Of a stretch of 64,000 nt of DNA, positions 1 to 14,259 are shown piece after piece. The notes under the pieces were generated by a model that was given only the letters and a program-made list of their open reading frames with translations, was not told where the DNA came from and made no database searches. Where the stretch lies: positions 10,292,001 through 10,356,000 of the forward strand of contig NC_091999.1 in assembly GCF_044704955.1 (NCBI RefSeq). Reading direction: 5' to 3'. The position numbers and the translations under genes are program-made. Position 1 is the stretch's first letter. Each line of letters starts with the position of its first letter. Origin of the DNA: Pristiophorus japonicus. Taxonomy: Eukaryota.

Positions 1-1549
1 AAGACTGTAGGATGCAGGCCATCTGGTAAAGTGGACTTATCCACATTTAGTCCCATTAGTTTGCTGGAAGAGCCAATGGTATTTATTTCTGTTTGCAGCC
101 AGAGATTAGACGTAGATTTTTAGAATGATAGAAAGGCTTGAGCGGATAAATTAGCGACTGCTAAATTTCTACTGCTTTATTATGTTTGGATACAGAAATA
201 AATATAATCAATTTTGTCTCCATTTTCAAAATTAATAACATGTATAATAACATGTTCTCCTTTAGGATAAATGATCCTACTTCACAATGTCGCTTATTAG
301 CCGATTTGAGGAATTGGTCATAAACAACCTACTGAATCAAGGAATACTTAAAGAGTTAAATTTCATTTTCTTCCCATTCTTATTCGAAGTCCCATCAACT
401 CTCCGAAAGTATCGAAACAAACAGAAACAAGTCGGGCTGTTCCAGGCCCTTTTAAGAACTGGTATCCCATTGTCACAACCCTGAGTCAGGGGTCACAGAC
501 TGCACCAAATGGGGCTCGTGAGCTCTGCAGGAAACGACTTGTGCCCCTTGACCCTGAATCAATGGAAGAAACAGCCAATCATGACGCTATAACGTGGAAC
601 ACGACTGTGGAGTCATCCACTGCCAGGCACACTGGCAGGCAGCATTGTATGACGTACAGTCCATCATGTTTGTGTGACGTGATACGTTGTGGTTGGTTTC
701 CGTTCATGTACATACAATGGCTCGATTGAAACGAATAGTTACGTCAATTTACACGAAAATAATTTCGGTATCTTAATCGATAAAAGAGAGAAATATACGG
801 TTGTCGCTAGAAAGGTTGCTGAGGTGCGTATGTGTGAACATTTCTCCCAGAGTACAGCGGGACGCGTGTCATAGATAGTGGCTTTATCTCCACCAATGTG
901 AACTGTGGGAGCCGCAGCTCTCCATGGCCTGGACATCAACAGAGCAAATCCGGCAAAAGAAACATTTTTGTCGTGAGAAAAGCAATTCTTTACACAGAAG
1001 CAGCTGATACTGTGCAATAACTACACGAGTTATTTTAATAGGTAAATTGGATATGAGTCGCTAAAGAGGAGTTTAAAGGGTGTGAGGAGCGAGAACGGAA
1101 TTGCAGACTGGATGGACTTATTCACTCCCTGAAACTTACCGAACCCGGTGTCAGTGGAAACAGGACAGCCAAATAAGATGAGACTAGAGTGGAGGACGGC
1201 CCCCGAAAGCGGGTGTAGGGGAAAAGGGATTGACGCAAAGACATAATTTAATCCTCATCTGCACCTATTCCCAAACAATTCCTTCCACTCCCTATTTAAG
1301 AGTCGTTAATGTTTCCCTCCCTTAAACAACTGTCTGAATAAACCTCAGGACACATCATGCCAGAACTCCAGCAGTTTAGAAGAAAAGGAGTGCCGCACCA
1401 GCAAAAAAGCAGGATGGTACTCAGGTCTGATTAGAAATATCTGGAGATGTTCCCCTCGCCAGGAGGAGCCTAAGAAATCCGATGAGGCGGCAAAGGACAC
1501 GCAGTGAAACTTCAGTGAAACAAGGTGCGAAGGTCTGAGGGACAATGGT

Positions 1550-3450
1550 GGGAAAGCAGAGACAGCGTCTAGTGTAATACAAAAAGAGACAGGGTCCAGT
1601 GCATTAATTACTGAGACTGCGTCTAGTGCAATGCAAAAAAAGACAGGCTCTAGTGCAATATAAACAGAGACAGGGTCTCATGTAATATAAGCAGAGACAG
1701 CGTCTAGTGTAATACCAACAAAGACAGGGTCTACTGTAATATAAACAGAGACAGGTTCTATTGTAGTATAAACAGAGACAGGGTCTAGTGCATTAGTAAC
1801 TGCGACTGGGTCTAGTGCAATACAAACAAAGATAGCCTCGAGTGTAATACAAACGGAGACAGGGTCCAGTGCATTAATTACTGAGACTGCGTCTAGTGCA
1901 ATACAAACAAAGACAGGCTCGAGTGTAATATAAACAGAGACAGGGTCGAGTGTAATATAAACAGAGACAGGTCTACTATAATACAAACAGAGGCACGGTC
2001 TAGTGCATTAATAGCTGAGACTAGGTCCAGTGTAATATAAACAGAGATAGGGTCTGGTGCAGCGATAACTGAGCAGAACCTAGTGCAACATCAACAGAGA
2101 CAGGGTCTAGTGAAACATCAACAGATACAGCGTCTAGTGTAATACAAATAGAGACAGGGTCTAATGTAATATAAACAGAGACAGGGTCTAGTGCATTAGT
2201 ACCTGAGACTGGGTCTCGTGCAATACATCAAAGACAGGGTCTAGTGTAATATAAATAGGTACAGCGTCTAGTGTATTACAAACAGAGACAGGGTCTAGTG
2301 TAATATAAACAGAGACACAGTCTAGTGTAATTTAAACAGGGACAGGGTCTTGTGTATTATAAAGAGAGACAGGGTCCAGTGTAATATATACAGACACAAG
2401 GTCTAGTGTAATATAAACAGAGAAAGGGTCTACTATAATACAAATAGAGGCAGGGTCTAGTGCAGCAATAACTGAGCAGGGCCTAGTGTAATATAAAACG
2501 GAACAGGGTCCAATGTAGTATAAACAGAGACAGGATCTAGTGCATTAGTAACTGCGACTGGGTCTAGTGCAATACCATCAAAGACAGGGCTAGTGTAATA
2601 TAAACAGAGACAGCGTCTAGTGCAATATAAACAGAGACAGTATCTAGTGTAATACAAATAAAGAGAGGGTCTAGTGTAATATAAACAGATTCACAGTCTA
2701 GTGTAATATAAACAGGGACAGGGTCTAGTGTAATATTATGAGAGACAGGGTCTAGTGTAATATATACAGAGACAGGGTCGAGTGTAATAGAAACAGAGAC
2801 AGGGTCTAGTGTAATATAAACAGAGGCAGGGTCTAGTGTAATCTAAACAGTTACAGGGCTTGGCGTAATGTAAACAGAGATCGGGTCTGGCGCAGCAAAA
2901 ACTGAGCAGGGCCTAGTGCAACATAATCAGAGACAGGGTCTCGTGTAATATAAACAGTGACAGGGCTTGGTGTAATGTAAACACAGACAGGGTCTGGTGC
3001 AGCAATAACTGAGCAGGGCCCAGTGCAACATAAACAGAGAGAGGGTCTAGTATAATATAAACAGAGACAGGGCCCACTGTAATATAAACAGAAACAGGGT
3101 CGCGTGTAATACAAACAGAGACAGGATCGACTGCATTAATAACTGAGATTGCGTCTAGTGTAATATAAACAGAGATAGGGTCTGTTGCAGCAATAACTGA
3201 GGGGGGCCTTGTGGAACATAAACAGAGACGCGGTCTAGTGTAATATCAACAGTGACAGGCCCTGGCGTAATGTAAACAGAGACACGGTCGAATGCTGTAA
3301 TAACTGAGTTAGGACCTAATTTATTATAAACAGAGACAGGGCCTCGTGTAATATAAACGGAGACTTGGTCTCGTGTAACGTAAACAGATATAGGGTCTGG
3401 GGTAATATAAGCAGTGACAGGGTCCAATGTACTATAAAGAGAGACGTGGC
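1550..3450. repeat. Tandem satellite, ~27-bp unit (aaacagagacagggtctagtgtaatat)
   Basis: Dozens of head-to-tail degenerate copies; explains the DPVSVYITL-repeat ORFs on the minus strand. Confidence 0.95.
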
Positions 3451-3799
3451 AACTTCAACTTAAATCTTGGTGATTCCCTTTGTTTATTTTTAATACCAAG
3501 ACACAACTGATGAAAGAAGCTCCGTCAAAACAACATGAAAACGCACACATTCCAATTCTGTGGAAAAGATGCAGATACAGGGGGTGTGGACCCGACTCAT
3601 GATTACTACTGAATGACTAAACGTTTGAATCTTGATGTGAATGCTGCCATTTAAAATATTTCACTGCGCTTTAGTGATATTTTATAAATTATAAATTATA
3701 CGATCAATGGAGCACCTTGTTGTGTTGAAGCTAGAGATTTAGGCAAATTGGAACAAGTCAGGGAGAGCTAACGGAATACAGTGACAGACACATACACAC

Positions 3800-6080
3800 C
3801 GTATTCAGAGAATCATAAATTACGACATACAAGGGTAACCATTCGACCCCTCGTTTTGACAAATAGCGATGCTGCCTGTTCCCAATTTCCGGCATCATGT
3901 ACATAGCCCTGTCGGTCTCGGCTTTTTCACTAACATCCAAGTACTTTTTAAATGTGATGAGGGTTTCTGCCTCTACCACCCTTTCTGGCAGTGAGTTCCA
4001 GATCCCCACCACCCTCTAGGTGAATTTACTTTTCCTCCTCTCCCCTCGAATCCTTCTACCAACCATTTTGATCCCATGCCGCCTGGTTAATGACCATCTG
4101 CTAAGCGAAATAAATTCTTACTATCTATTGTATCTAGGCCCCTCATAATTCAATACAACTAAACTAAATTTCCCCTCTGACTCCTCCGGTGGAAAAAAAA
4201 CTACCTCGTCCTATCCAATCTATCCTCATAGCTAAAGAACTTCCAGTCCTGGCAACATCCTTGTAAATCTCCTCTGTACGCACTCGAGTGCCATCACCTC
4301 TTTCCTTTAATGTGGTGACCAGATCTGTATGCAGTACTCAAGCTGTGGGCTAACCAGTTTTGTTCACAGTTCTAGCATAGCTTCACTACTCTTTTATTCT
4401 TATGTTCTTATTCTATGCCTCGGCTAATAAAGAAAAGCATTCCATATGCCTTTGAAGTACCTTATCGGCCTTTCCTGCAACCTTTAAGGATCTGTGGACA
4501 TACAGCCCAGTAACTAGTGGGGTGCTGCAAGGATCAGTGCTTGTACACCAACTATTGACAATCTATATTAACGACTTGGAAGAAGGGACTGAGTGTAACG
4601 TAGCCAAGTTTGCTCAGGATACAAAGATAGGAGGAAAAGCAAGGTGTCAGGCGGGCACAAAAAATCTGCAAAAGGACATTGAGAGGCTAAGTTATTGAGC
4701 AAAAATTTGGTAGATGGAGTATAATGTTAGAATGTGTGAGTTCAAGTACGTTGGCAGAAAAAAATCAAAGTGCAAGTTATTATTTAAGTGGAGAAAGATT
4801 GCAAAGTGCCGCAGTAAAGCGGGACCTGGGGCTACTTGTGCATGAAACACAAAAGGATAGTATACATGTACAGCAAGTAATCAGGAAGGCCAATGGTATC
4901 TTGGCCTTTATTGCAAAGGGTATGGGGTATAAAATTAGGGAAGTCGTACTACAGCTAGATAAGGCATTGCTGAGGTCACACCTGGAATATTGCATGCAGT
5001 TTTGTTATCCATATTTACGACAGGATATACTTCTTCTGGAGGGAGTTCATAGAAGGTTCACTGGACTGATTCCGGGGATGAGGGGATTGACTTATGAGGA
5101 AAGGCTGAGTAGGTTGGGCCTCTACTTATTGGAATTAAGAAGAATGAGAGGTGATCTTATCGAAACGTATCCGATTATGAGGGGGCTTGACAAGGTGCAT
5201 GCAGAGAGGATGTTTCCACTGATGGGGGAGACCAGAACAACAGGGATCAATTTTCGAAGAAGTGGCCGCCCACTTAAAACAGAGACAAGGAAACATTTCT
5301 TCTATTAGGGGTTGTAAATCTGTGGAATTCGCTGCCTCAGAGAGCTGTGGAAGCTGGGACTTTGAATAAGTTTAAGACAGAAATAGTTTCTTAAACGATA
5401 AGGGGATAAGTGTTTATGGGGAGCGGTCGGGGATTTGGGGCTGAGATCATGATCAGATCAGCCATGATCTTATTGAATTGCGGAGCAGACTCGAGCGGCC
5501 ATATGGCCGACTCCGGTTCCTATTTCTTGCATTCTTATGACCCTCCGTACCTCCACACCTCTCAGAATCCTCCATTTGTTATGCGATCCATTCTCTTGTT
5601 GCACCTCCCCAAGACCATGACTTCACACTTCTCCTGATTGCATTCCATGTTCCATTGTTCTGCTCAACTGACCAGTCCATCGATATATTCCTATAGTCTA
5701 AAATTTCCTCCTCACAAGGCCAATGTTTGTATTATCTGCAAACCTCTTTATCATGCACCCTACATTTAAGTATGAATTATTAATCTATAATTACAGACAG
5801 CAAGTGACCGGGCACTGATACCCGAGGAGCCCTACTGGAAACAACCTTCCAAACGCAACAGCACTCGCCAACTATTACACTTTGCTTCCTGACACTGAGC
5901 CAATTTTTGATCGAATTTTTGATCCCATGGGCTTTTACTTTTTTGTTCAACCTGTCACGTGGGACCTTGTTCAAATCCTTGCTAAAATTCATGCAGATGA
6001 CATCAAACACATGGGTTCATCGACAACCCTTTTTACCTTCTCAAAAAATTCAATCAAATTCGTCAGACACGACTTTCCCT
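3800..6080. mobile_element. Nested CR1-type LINE fragments: older minus-strand copy interrupted by a plus-strand 3' fragment at ~4510-5540
   Basis: ORF 4724-5308 has CR1 RT C-terminal motifs (RDLG, HLEYC, LELRRMRGDLIETY); typical 3' UTR and ttcttatg tail; many stops. Confidence 0.9.
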
Positions 6081-6341
6081 TAACATTGCTGAAACAAAGA
6101 GAGAAGTAGAGACACCGACAAAGTCAGAGACAGAAAGAGAACTCGGCAGAGAAATTAATTGGTCTACAACTGATTGGTGCACACAATTGTCGGTTCTGAG
6201 AGTAGCCAATCCTGTCCCGAGGAAACGCCTCTCAGTCACCCAATCAGTGAATTCTGTGCCTGATCGACGTTTCATCCTGAATAAACGACTAGAATATTGA
6301 AAAATTTCTGCTATTTTATGTCGAACTTTATACAATTCACC

Positions 6342-6774
6342 ATGTGCTCCCCATGTTTGTTCCTCATAATAATGTTCGTGCTGCCCGGTGAGATACGTTC
6401 AACTGGCCAGTTTGAATTCGATTGGGTTATATTCCCGCGCAGAAGTTTTGATAAATTCTCTGATTTGTTACAGGAATCAATGGCGAAGATAAGGTGCTTC
6501 AGGATCCGCCTGAATTATCGGTTCAGGAAGGACAGAACATAATACTAAGCTGCGGTTACTCGAAATCTGGTTCAACTCTGTTCTGGTACATCCAGTATTG
6601 CGGAGAAGCTCCGAGATATTTACTGAAGAGATATAGCTCAGAAGACGGAGACACATCTCCAGGTTTACCAGACAGGTTCTCGGCTGATATGAACACAATA
6701 AATAAAGCGGTTCGTTTAAATATCACCGGGTCGCTTGTCTCCGATGCTGCCGTGTATTTCTGTGCCATGCAGCC
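6342..6774 (+). CDS. TRAV: TCR alpha/delta V segment, apparently functional (leader 6342-6387, V exon 6474-6774)
   Basis: Leader MCSPCLFLIIMFVLP, GT..AG phase-1 intron, V with C23 (ILSC), WYIQ, DAAVYFCAM; RSS follows. TRAV versus TRDV cannot be decided from sequence. Confidence 0.9.
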
Positions 6775-6814
6775 CACAGTGCTGCAGAGATACAGCGGAC
6801 CCCGTACAAAAACC
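6775..6814 (+). promoter_or_regulatory. RSS CACAGTG-24-ACAAAAACC
   Basis: Consensus heptamer and nonamer; spacer counted as 24 nt. Confidence 0.92.
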
Positions 6815-6837
6815 GATACTGAGAATATCAGTTAGTG

Positions 6838-6854
6838 CTCACCAGAGGGCGCTC
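6838..6854 (+). promoter_or_regulatory. CTCF-like site just downstream of RSS
   Basis: ctcACCAGAGGGCGCtc matches the CTCF core consensus; same motif recurs at the same place after the V genes at ~22 kb, 47 kb, 49.5 kb and 55 kb. Confidence 0.7.
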
Positions 6855-7689
6855 TTACACTGATAAACAGAAGCGGAAATTTGGACTCCACAGTGAAAAT
6901 CACAGGGACTTTCGTAAAAGGGTGACAAAACACAACTCTGAACAAGAACAGGTGATATCTACTTGTAGAATTTTATTAATTGATTTGATCTCGTATGTTT
7001 ACGAAAAATGTATTTTATACATGCATTTGTTTCGTCTTGATTTACACTTTATCCTTTGATGCTCTTTTGGTACGTGCTTCAGTTGACACATCTCCCATGT
7101 TAGTTTCCAGGACCCAGTGTTCGCGGTCTGTAGACAAGGTTTATTTGATCAGAATATGTAGCTGGGTCGGAGCTTTTTATACCCAATCAACAGATTTCAC
7201 AAGGTCGTGACTGTGCTCTTTAAAACAACCCCAAGCACATAATTCCCCAATGCCAACGTTTTTCAGCAAGTCACTTCAATTCTGGAATGTTTCCTGTCAC
7301 CATTAACAATCGTGCAACTTGCGGTTTGCAACACACAGACAAGGGGCTCGGTCTCACTCCCTGTCTCAAAAATTTGAACCATTTCCCTCTTAAATCATTG
7401 ATTGTGGCCCAGTTCAGGGTGTTTGCATTCAGTGCTAACCAACTCTCCACCTACCAGCCTGACAGCACCACTTGGGACACATGGAAGTGAGATGAGAGCT
7501 TCCTGAGACATGACAGCAAATTATTGATGGTGGGGATTAGAACGGCTGTCTCCAAACATCCAAACCACCTTTTAGAGAGTGGACAGCGTCAATTTGGCTA
7601 CTCAGCATCTGGCTTACGTGGAGCTTTTCTGACAAATAATTGTACACCAAACACATTTCATATTTTTTCTCTCTTCCACAGTGCAGAGA

Positions 7690-7980
7690 TCTTGAGGGTT
7701 GCAGGGCTGGAGGAGGGCCCAGAGATAGAGAGGAGCGGGGATTTGCAAAAAAGAGAGTACATTTTAATGACGAGGCTTTGTCGGACTAGGAGCCAATGTT
7801 GGTCAGCGATCACAGATGTGATGGGTGATGGAACTTGGCACGAGTTTTGATACGGGCAGCAGAGTTTTGGATGAGCTAAAGTTTACTGCGTGTGCACGCG
7901 GGGAGGCTGGCTATTGGAGCACTGGAATAGATGAGTTCAGAGGTACCAAACGCAAGGATGGGGGTTTGACTGTAAGATAA
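7690..7980 (-). mobile_element. L2-type LINE fragment
   Basis: Degenerate match to the L2 ORF2 motif IHAFVTSRLDY..QLIQNSAAR; inverted paralog at ~20790-21090. Confidence 0.65.
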
Positions 7981-7999
7981 GCTGAAGTAAGGGCGGAGT

Positions 8000-9860
8000 G
8001 AAAATGCCCAGGCCCGGATGAAATGTATCCCAGGCTGTTAAGAGAGGAAAATGATGAAATAGCACAGGCTCTGACCATCATTTTTATAACCTCTCTGGCT
8101 GCAGGTGTGGTGCTGGAGGACTGAAGGACTGCTAATGGTGTATCTTTGTTTAAAAAGGGAGAAAGGGAAAGATAGATTAATTACAGGCCAGTAAGCGTGA
8201 CCTCGGTGCTGGGAAAAGTATTGGAAGAAACTTTGAGGGATAGGATAAATGTGCATTGAGAAAGATACAGATTAAACAAGGGCAGCCAGCATCGATTTGT
8301 TAAGGCAAGGTCGTGTCTGACTAACCTGATTTATTTCTTTTGAGGAGGTAACAAGGAGGGTCGATCAAAGTAGAACTTTTTATAAAGTGTATATGGATTG
8401 TAGCAAGTCTATTGAGAAGATGCCACATGGCAGAATTGTCATGTATGTAAACGCCCATGTGATCCATGCCAAAGTGGCAAGTTGTATCCACGTTTGGCTC
8501 AGAGGCAGGAAGCAAATGATAATGATCGTTGTGTACTTTTTGTGATTAAAAGGCTGTTTCCCGTGGGGCTCTGCAGGGGTCAGTAATAGGTTCCCTGCCT
8601 TTTGTTGTATATATCAATGATTTAGATTTGAATGTAGGTATATGAATAAGAAGGTTGTAGATGATACAAAACATTTTCGTGTGGTTGATACTGAAGAAAA
8701 AATATGTAAACTGCAGGAATATATCAATGAAATGGTCAGGTGGGCACGACAGTGGTAAATGGAAGTCAAACATGAGAAGCGTGAGGTAATGCATTTACGG
8801 AGGGCTAGCAAAGGCAAGTGAATCCACATTAAATGGTAGAGACTGTAGAGTGTGAAGAAGACAGGGACCTTGGAGTTCTTGTCCACAGATCCCTGAAGGT
8901 AGGAGCCCATGTATAAAAGGTGTTTAAGAAGGCATATAAAATACTTGCCCTTTTTAGCCGAGGCATAGAATACAGGAGCACGGAGGTTATGCGTAAACTG
9001 CATACAACACTAGTTAGCCCACTGCTAGAGTACTACGTACAGTTCTGGTCACCACATTACAGAAACGTGACTGCACTAGGGAGGGTACAGAGGAGATTTG
9101 CGAGGATGACGCCTGGACTGGAGAATTTTCGCCATGAGGAAAGATTGGATAGGCTGGGTTTTATTTCATTGCAGAAAGGAAGTTGAGGGGAGATCATATT
9201 GAGGTGTTTAAAATGATGGGGTGGGGGGGCTAGATAGTGTAAATAAACGCACCTATTTCGCTTAGTGGAGGGGTCAACAACCAGGAGGCATAGATTTAAA
9301 TTAATTGGCAGACGGTTTAGAGGGGATTTGAGGGGGAAGGCTTTCATACAGTTGATGGTGAGGGTTTGGAACACATTACCTGACAGGTGGTAGAGGCAGA
9401 AACCATCACAGTACTTCAAAAGTACTTGGATGTGCATTTGAATTTCCACAACCTACAAGGCTACGGACCAAGAGCTGGAAAGTGGGTGAAGACTGGATAG
9501 CTCTTTGTCAGCCGGCGGAATGTGCCGAAATTCTCTCCTTGTGTGCTGTAAATTCTATGATTCTATAATTCACTGATAACATTTCGGCCATTTTGGTCTC
9601 CGGTGAGGAGCAATTTCTCCACTCACAAGATTGTGAACATTTGGAATTATCTAAAACAGAGGCCTGTGGTTGCTGAATGGTTGAGTATGTTCAAGACAGA
9701 GATCTATAGATTATTGGGCAGTAATATAATCAATAGATATGGTATTTGGGCGGGAAAGTGGATTTGGTGTGCAGGTTAATTCATGATCTTATTGAATGTC
9801 GGAGCTGGCTCGATGGGTGGTGTGGTCTACCCCTGCTGCTATTTCTTATGTTCTTACGAA
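8000..9860 (+). mobile_element. Decayed CR1 LINE (RT 3' half plus second short 3' end)
   Basis: PGPD, NYRPVS, QHxF, LEYYVQFWSPHY motifs broken by stops; attctatg tails. Confidence 0.9.
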
Positions 9861-10926
9861 AGTAATTCCATTCTGATGGATTCTTCTAACTTTTCCCAGA
9901 ACCCTTTCCAGCTGTTTATCTGTCGGTCTCTCCCTGAATTTCTCTACCAGTATGTCTATATGTGTTTCTCGCCAGATCTCTCCCTCAATCTTTTCCAATG
10001 TATGTATATCTATTCCTCACTCAGTGTCTCTCAGTAAATGACAGATTTGAAAATCAAGTCGGAACAGCTCACCTCACGTACTGCAGCCTTTCAAGAAGGC
10101 AGCTCATCACCAACTTCTCAAGCATATTTAGGAATGAACAACAAATGTTGGCCCTGCCATCAACAAACCTGTCCCGTGAAATAATAATAACCACGAATGG
10201 GCCGGCAGGTAGTGCTCTTTTTCGGCGACAGTGTTTTTATGCAGTCAAAATATCCGTGTTTTTTTGGGATTCCATTCCCGGGAGATTACAGTCGATTAGC
10301 TGACGGTTACTGTTGTAGAGGCGAGAGTAGTCAATACTATGTAGCCATTGCAAACAGTGCATGACACCTGTATCTCGGCCATGCTGCACCAACACATCTG
10401 AAACCTTCCCCCGTTCATTTAAAGCCCTTCCCATCCAAAACCCATTTTACGAGCTCTATTTGAATGGTGGAAAATACTAGTGATAACACAGCTAATCTTC
10501 TCAATCCCATCAGATATAATAGATCTCCATCCTTTCTGCCCCCACTGTTTTCTAAACCGTTCCCAGAGGGAGATAGGTCAGTGTTTGACCCACAGCCCTA
10601 TCAGACGGAGGAGACTTCTGTGCTCTGTTTGGGTGGAGTTACTTTAGTTACCCGCCAGAACTGCATGAGTTGACGGTAAACTTGGCAGCATTTGATCAAG
10701 ACAATAAATGATAATCTGAGCAACCAGAGCGCGTGGTAGTTATTTAAAGCGTCAGCACGTGCAATATTCCTTGCTCCTGAAGTGAGGACCGAAAAGAGTG
10801 CCATCATTATACCTGAAAATGATATCATCGATTGAACATCAGAATATCCCCGAAGTAATCGAGTTTGCAATAATATTCTCGATCTATCAGGGTAAACTAG
10901 AAACGCGCATAAACTTGGAAACTGCC

Positions 10927-11341
10927 ATGAATGGAATTGTTACTTTCACATTTTTATTTTAGGTGAGTGTTTTGTGCATTCGCTGATAAAACATATATAT
11001 CGTGATTAATTTCCCACCTCGTTTTATCCGCAGTCATCTGCAGCGAGGCTGTCATCCATCAACCACAGCCGGTGTATGTACAAGAGGGAGAGTCGATTGA
11101 AATCCAGTGCAATGCAAGCACCAGCGGGAGTGAGCGCATCATCTGGGACAGACAACTACTGAACCATGCCCTGAAATGTATCATTTCTGCTATCCAGGGC
11201 AACACCACTGTCAGACGATTCAGAGACTTCATTGCCCCGACAAGAGGTTACAACATTCTCGATATGCACGGAACCGCGGTATCAGACACTGGAGTAGTTA
11301 GGCACCGTGAGACAAAAACTGAGCGCTGCAGTACAATACCT
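10927..11341 (+). pseudogene. TCR V pseudogene, family B (frameshifted leader, YYC deleted); RSS CACCGTG-23-ACAATACCT
   Basis: Exon from 11034: VIHQPQPVYVQEGESIEIQC..IIW..SDTGVVR lacks the second Cys. Confidence 0.85.
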
Positions 11342-11870
11342 CCTGGTTTCTATTAGATAATCGCTACATCGCTGATCTCCTCTGCTGCTGGTTTTGACTA
11401 TTCTGTGAGGTACATTTCCACAGTCCCAAATCCTCCTGTAATGAAAGGGTTAATCAGACTATACTCAATGTGTTGACGCCTCTGCGTGGTACAGTAAAAC
11501 AGGCTACATTCTGTAAGGTACAAGTGATATAGAGATTGACTCGGTTACAAATACCCAGCGCCAGGTATGTCCCGTTAGAGAGTCACTATCACAAAGGGTT
11601 GACGTTTACCTCACTACCCTCCATAAGGAGGAGAGGAACTTGCTGCTCCTTCGACAACTGACTTGTCCGGATATAAACCACGCATGAAAAATATACATTT
11701 CCAGCCAATCTCAGAACAGCAAATCCACGTGATTGAGACATTAACTGGGAGGCGCTGACTTTACTTAACCGCATGTTCAATGTCTTCACTCGGTTTGGGG
11801 TCTTGTGATGCGAGCTGTGTGTCGCTTTCTTCTTGACATTGTAATTGCCAGGATGTATTATTCGGTACAA

Positions 11871-12282
11871 ATGAATCTATTCCCCGTTATTCTGCTGCTG
11901 CTAACATGTAGGTACAGGAGCTGAGCTCAATAACCCGCAGTGTTTCTATTTATGCAAGTTGCTTCTGTGTTTTAATATCTCAATGTTTTTTTAGGTCGGT
12001 GTCTCTCGGACCAAGTGCTGCAGTTTCCCCCTGTGATGACAGTCCGGATCGGTCATTCGCTGCAGATTAACTGCAGCTATGACGCTCACAGCTTTTACGC
12101 CATGCACTGGTACAAACATAAATCCAGTCAGGGAATCGAGTGGTTAATAAGGCGGTTATCGGCTGGCAGAGAGAGTAGGGATCGATTTGAAATTGATCTT
12201 TCCACTGCAGACAAACGCGGCCAATTGGTGATGACAAGCACAGTGAGCTCGGATACCGCTGTGTATTACTGTACGATAGAAT
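11871..12282 (+). CDS. TRAV: TCR alpha/delta V segment, apparently functional (leader 11871-11907, V exon 11995-12282)
   Basis: Leader MNLFPVILLLLT, in-frame splice, DQVLQFP..INC..HWYKH..DTAVYYCTIE; RSS CACACTG-23-ACAAATACC at 12283-12321. Confidence 0.88.
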
Positions 12283-14259
12283 CACACTGATAGGAATTGC
12301 TGCAGTCTCTGTACAAATACCTTCCTCTTGTTTACAGTCGCTTAACAGCTGCAGCAATCTCTGTAATGATGCAGGGCAGGCAAAGTGGGTCAGAGGGAGA
12401 GCAGCTGACGGAAGTTGTAGGCGGGGCTGACACAGGCAGTGTGTCTGCAAGGGTTGTCTCTACAATTTCCATTTAACAGCGGGTTTCATCAGAGATATTG
12501 ACAGTCACAACATAAAATGTCTGCAGGTGGAGCCAGTCACACAATGGGTGCAGCCTTTGGTGTGAGGAAAGCATCAGCATTGCCTAATAGTTAGATTATA
12601 TTCACCGGGCTGGAAACGCTCACAATGATTGTTTTTCATGTTATGCCGGTGTGTGACGATACACCAAGAGCATTAGGTTCATTCTCCAGTAACTTTCATG
12701 TTCACTTTGAACTATCCGGTAGATTTGCTCTTGTAGATATTTCAAATGAAATAGTCAACGCATTCTAAATGATTGTGAGTGTGATTAGAAAAAACAAATT
12801 TCAGCTAATATTTACACAGAGAGACGAGGGGAAACCTTCCCCTTGTTTGTCCCCAGCAGAAAGTTAATGGAACCTGAAGACGTGTCAAGCAGCCCAGTCT
12901 GATTGGTGACTGTGTGTGAAATAAACTGAACATCTACCTTAACATTCAAGCCAATATATTGCCAGTTCGAGATAATATCACGCCGCTTTCATCAGATTGT
13001 GTTGATAAATGTTCGGAGGGGAACATGACCCCTCCTGCAAATGGCTGATAAAACGGTTCTACCTCTGCCTGAACTTAACATGAGGCGCCTTTCCCCTGTG
13101 CTGATATCAATGACATGGGATGAAATATGATGGTTATTGACATGGGACAAACTCCTTATCCTGTCTCTATGCGTGTGTCCTTCATTCCAGCAGTTAGCGC
13201 ATTTCTTTCAAATGGCAGCTTTACAAAACGACCCATTCCTTCCGTCTTATTTGGTTTAATCTTTTCATTATCAGCAAATAATTCTAAAGTGTGGTATGGA
13301 GAGATTGTGACGATGAGTTTCAGACAATGCAAGGCGTGAGGAGGGCGGGGGGTGGCGGAGCGGGGTCGTTTTTGCTGTACTCTACGAACTTAAACACAGA
13401 TATAACTAGATGCCAAATGTTGATGGATTTAAAGGAATTAAAGGATCTAAGGATCCCAAGGGAGCAGCGAGATATATATGAGCACGTCGCCTTCTCATGG
13501 ATATGTCACTGTCACGCTGTTCGGATACTCGGTGAAAACAGACAGTGAATGTATCAATTGAGCAGTTTGCAGCGCCCATTTTGGCGAGATGTGTTGGGTG
13601 AGTGTCAAGCCTTGTACATCAACACTTATGTGGACAGATATCTAATCAGATGAATTGGAGCTTGGAAATTAAAAGCCTCAAACCCTTCCCGGTTATTTTC
13701 AAGTCCTTTCCATCCAAAACCAAATGCTGCCTTTACTCATTTTATGATCTCTATTTGAATGGGGGAGACATACCAGCGTTAAGCCAACTGATCTTGTCAG
13801 TCCACATGAGACACAATAGATATCCATCCTTTCTGTCCCCACTACATTCCAAAACAACTCCCAGAGAGTGAAATCTCAGTTTCTGACACACTGACCCATC
13901 CAGTCCCCTGTCAGAGGGAGTGGAGACCTTGATCCTCCTCTGACTGAGCTAAATTAGAACTCTGATCCCAGAGAATGAATGGTCAATGTATGACCCACCA
14001 GTACAGCATGAGTTAACGATAACCTTAACTGCTTTTGCTCAAGAGGATAAATGAGTAAAAGCGACACCAGAGGGTGTGTCAGTACGAATAAAGCGTCAGC
14101 ACTTGTATTATTACCTAACATTCAGTGAAGATGTAAGGTATAAGTAGCATCATACTTGGTAGAAAATAATACAATCGATTGCACATCAGAATAACCCGGA
14201 ATAAATCGATATTCTAGTAATATTCTTGATCCACCGTGCGCTGAAATCAGGAAAACACA

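Noticed and set aside
1678-3427. Minus-strand ORFs of DPVSVYITL repeats; also a superficially CRISPR-like periodicity
   Set aside because: By-products of a 27-bp satellite with no unique spacers; vertebrate context
4724-5308. LINE ORFs as active retrotransposon genes
   Set aside because: All copies are truncated and interrupted by stops or frameshifts
7100-7380. Possible degenerate V with RSS downstream of the 6342 gene (and its inverted copy)
   Set aside because: No recoverable C/W/YxC motifs or correctly spaced RSS
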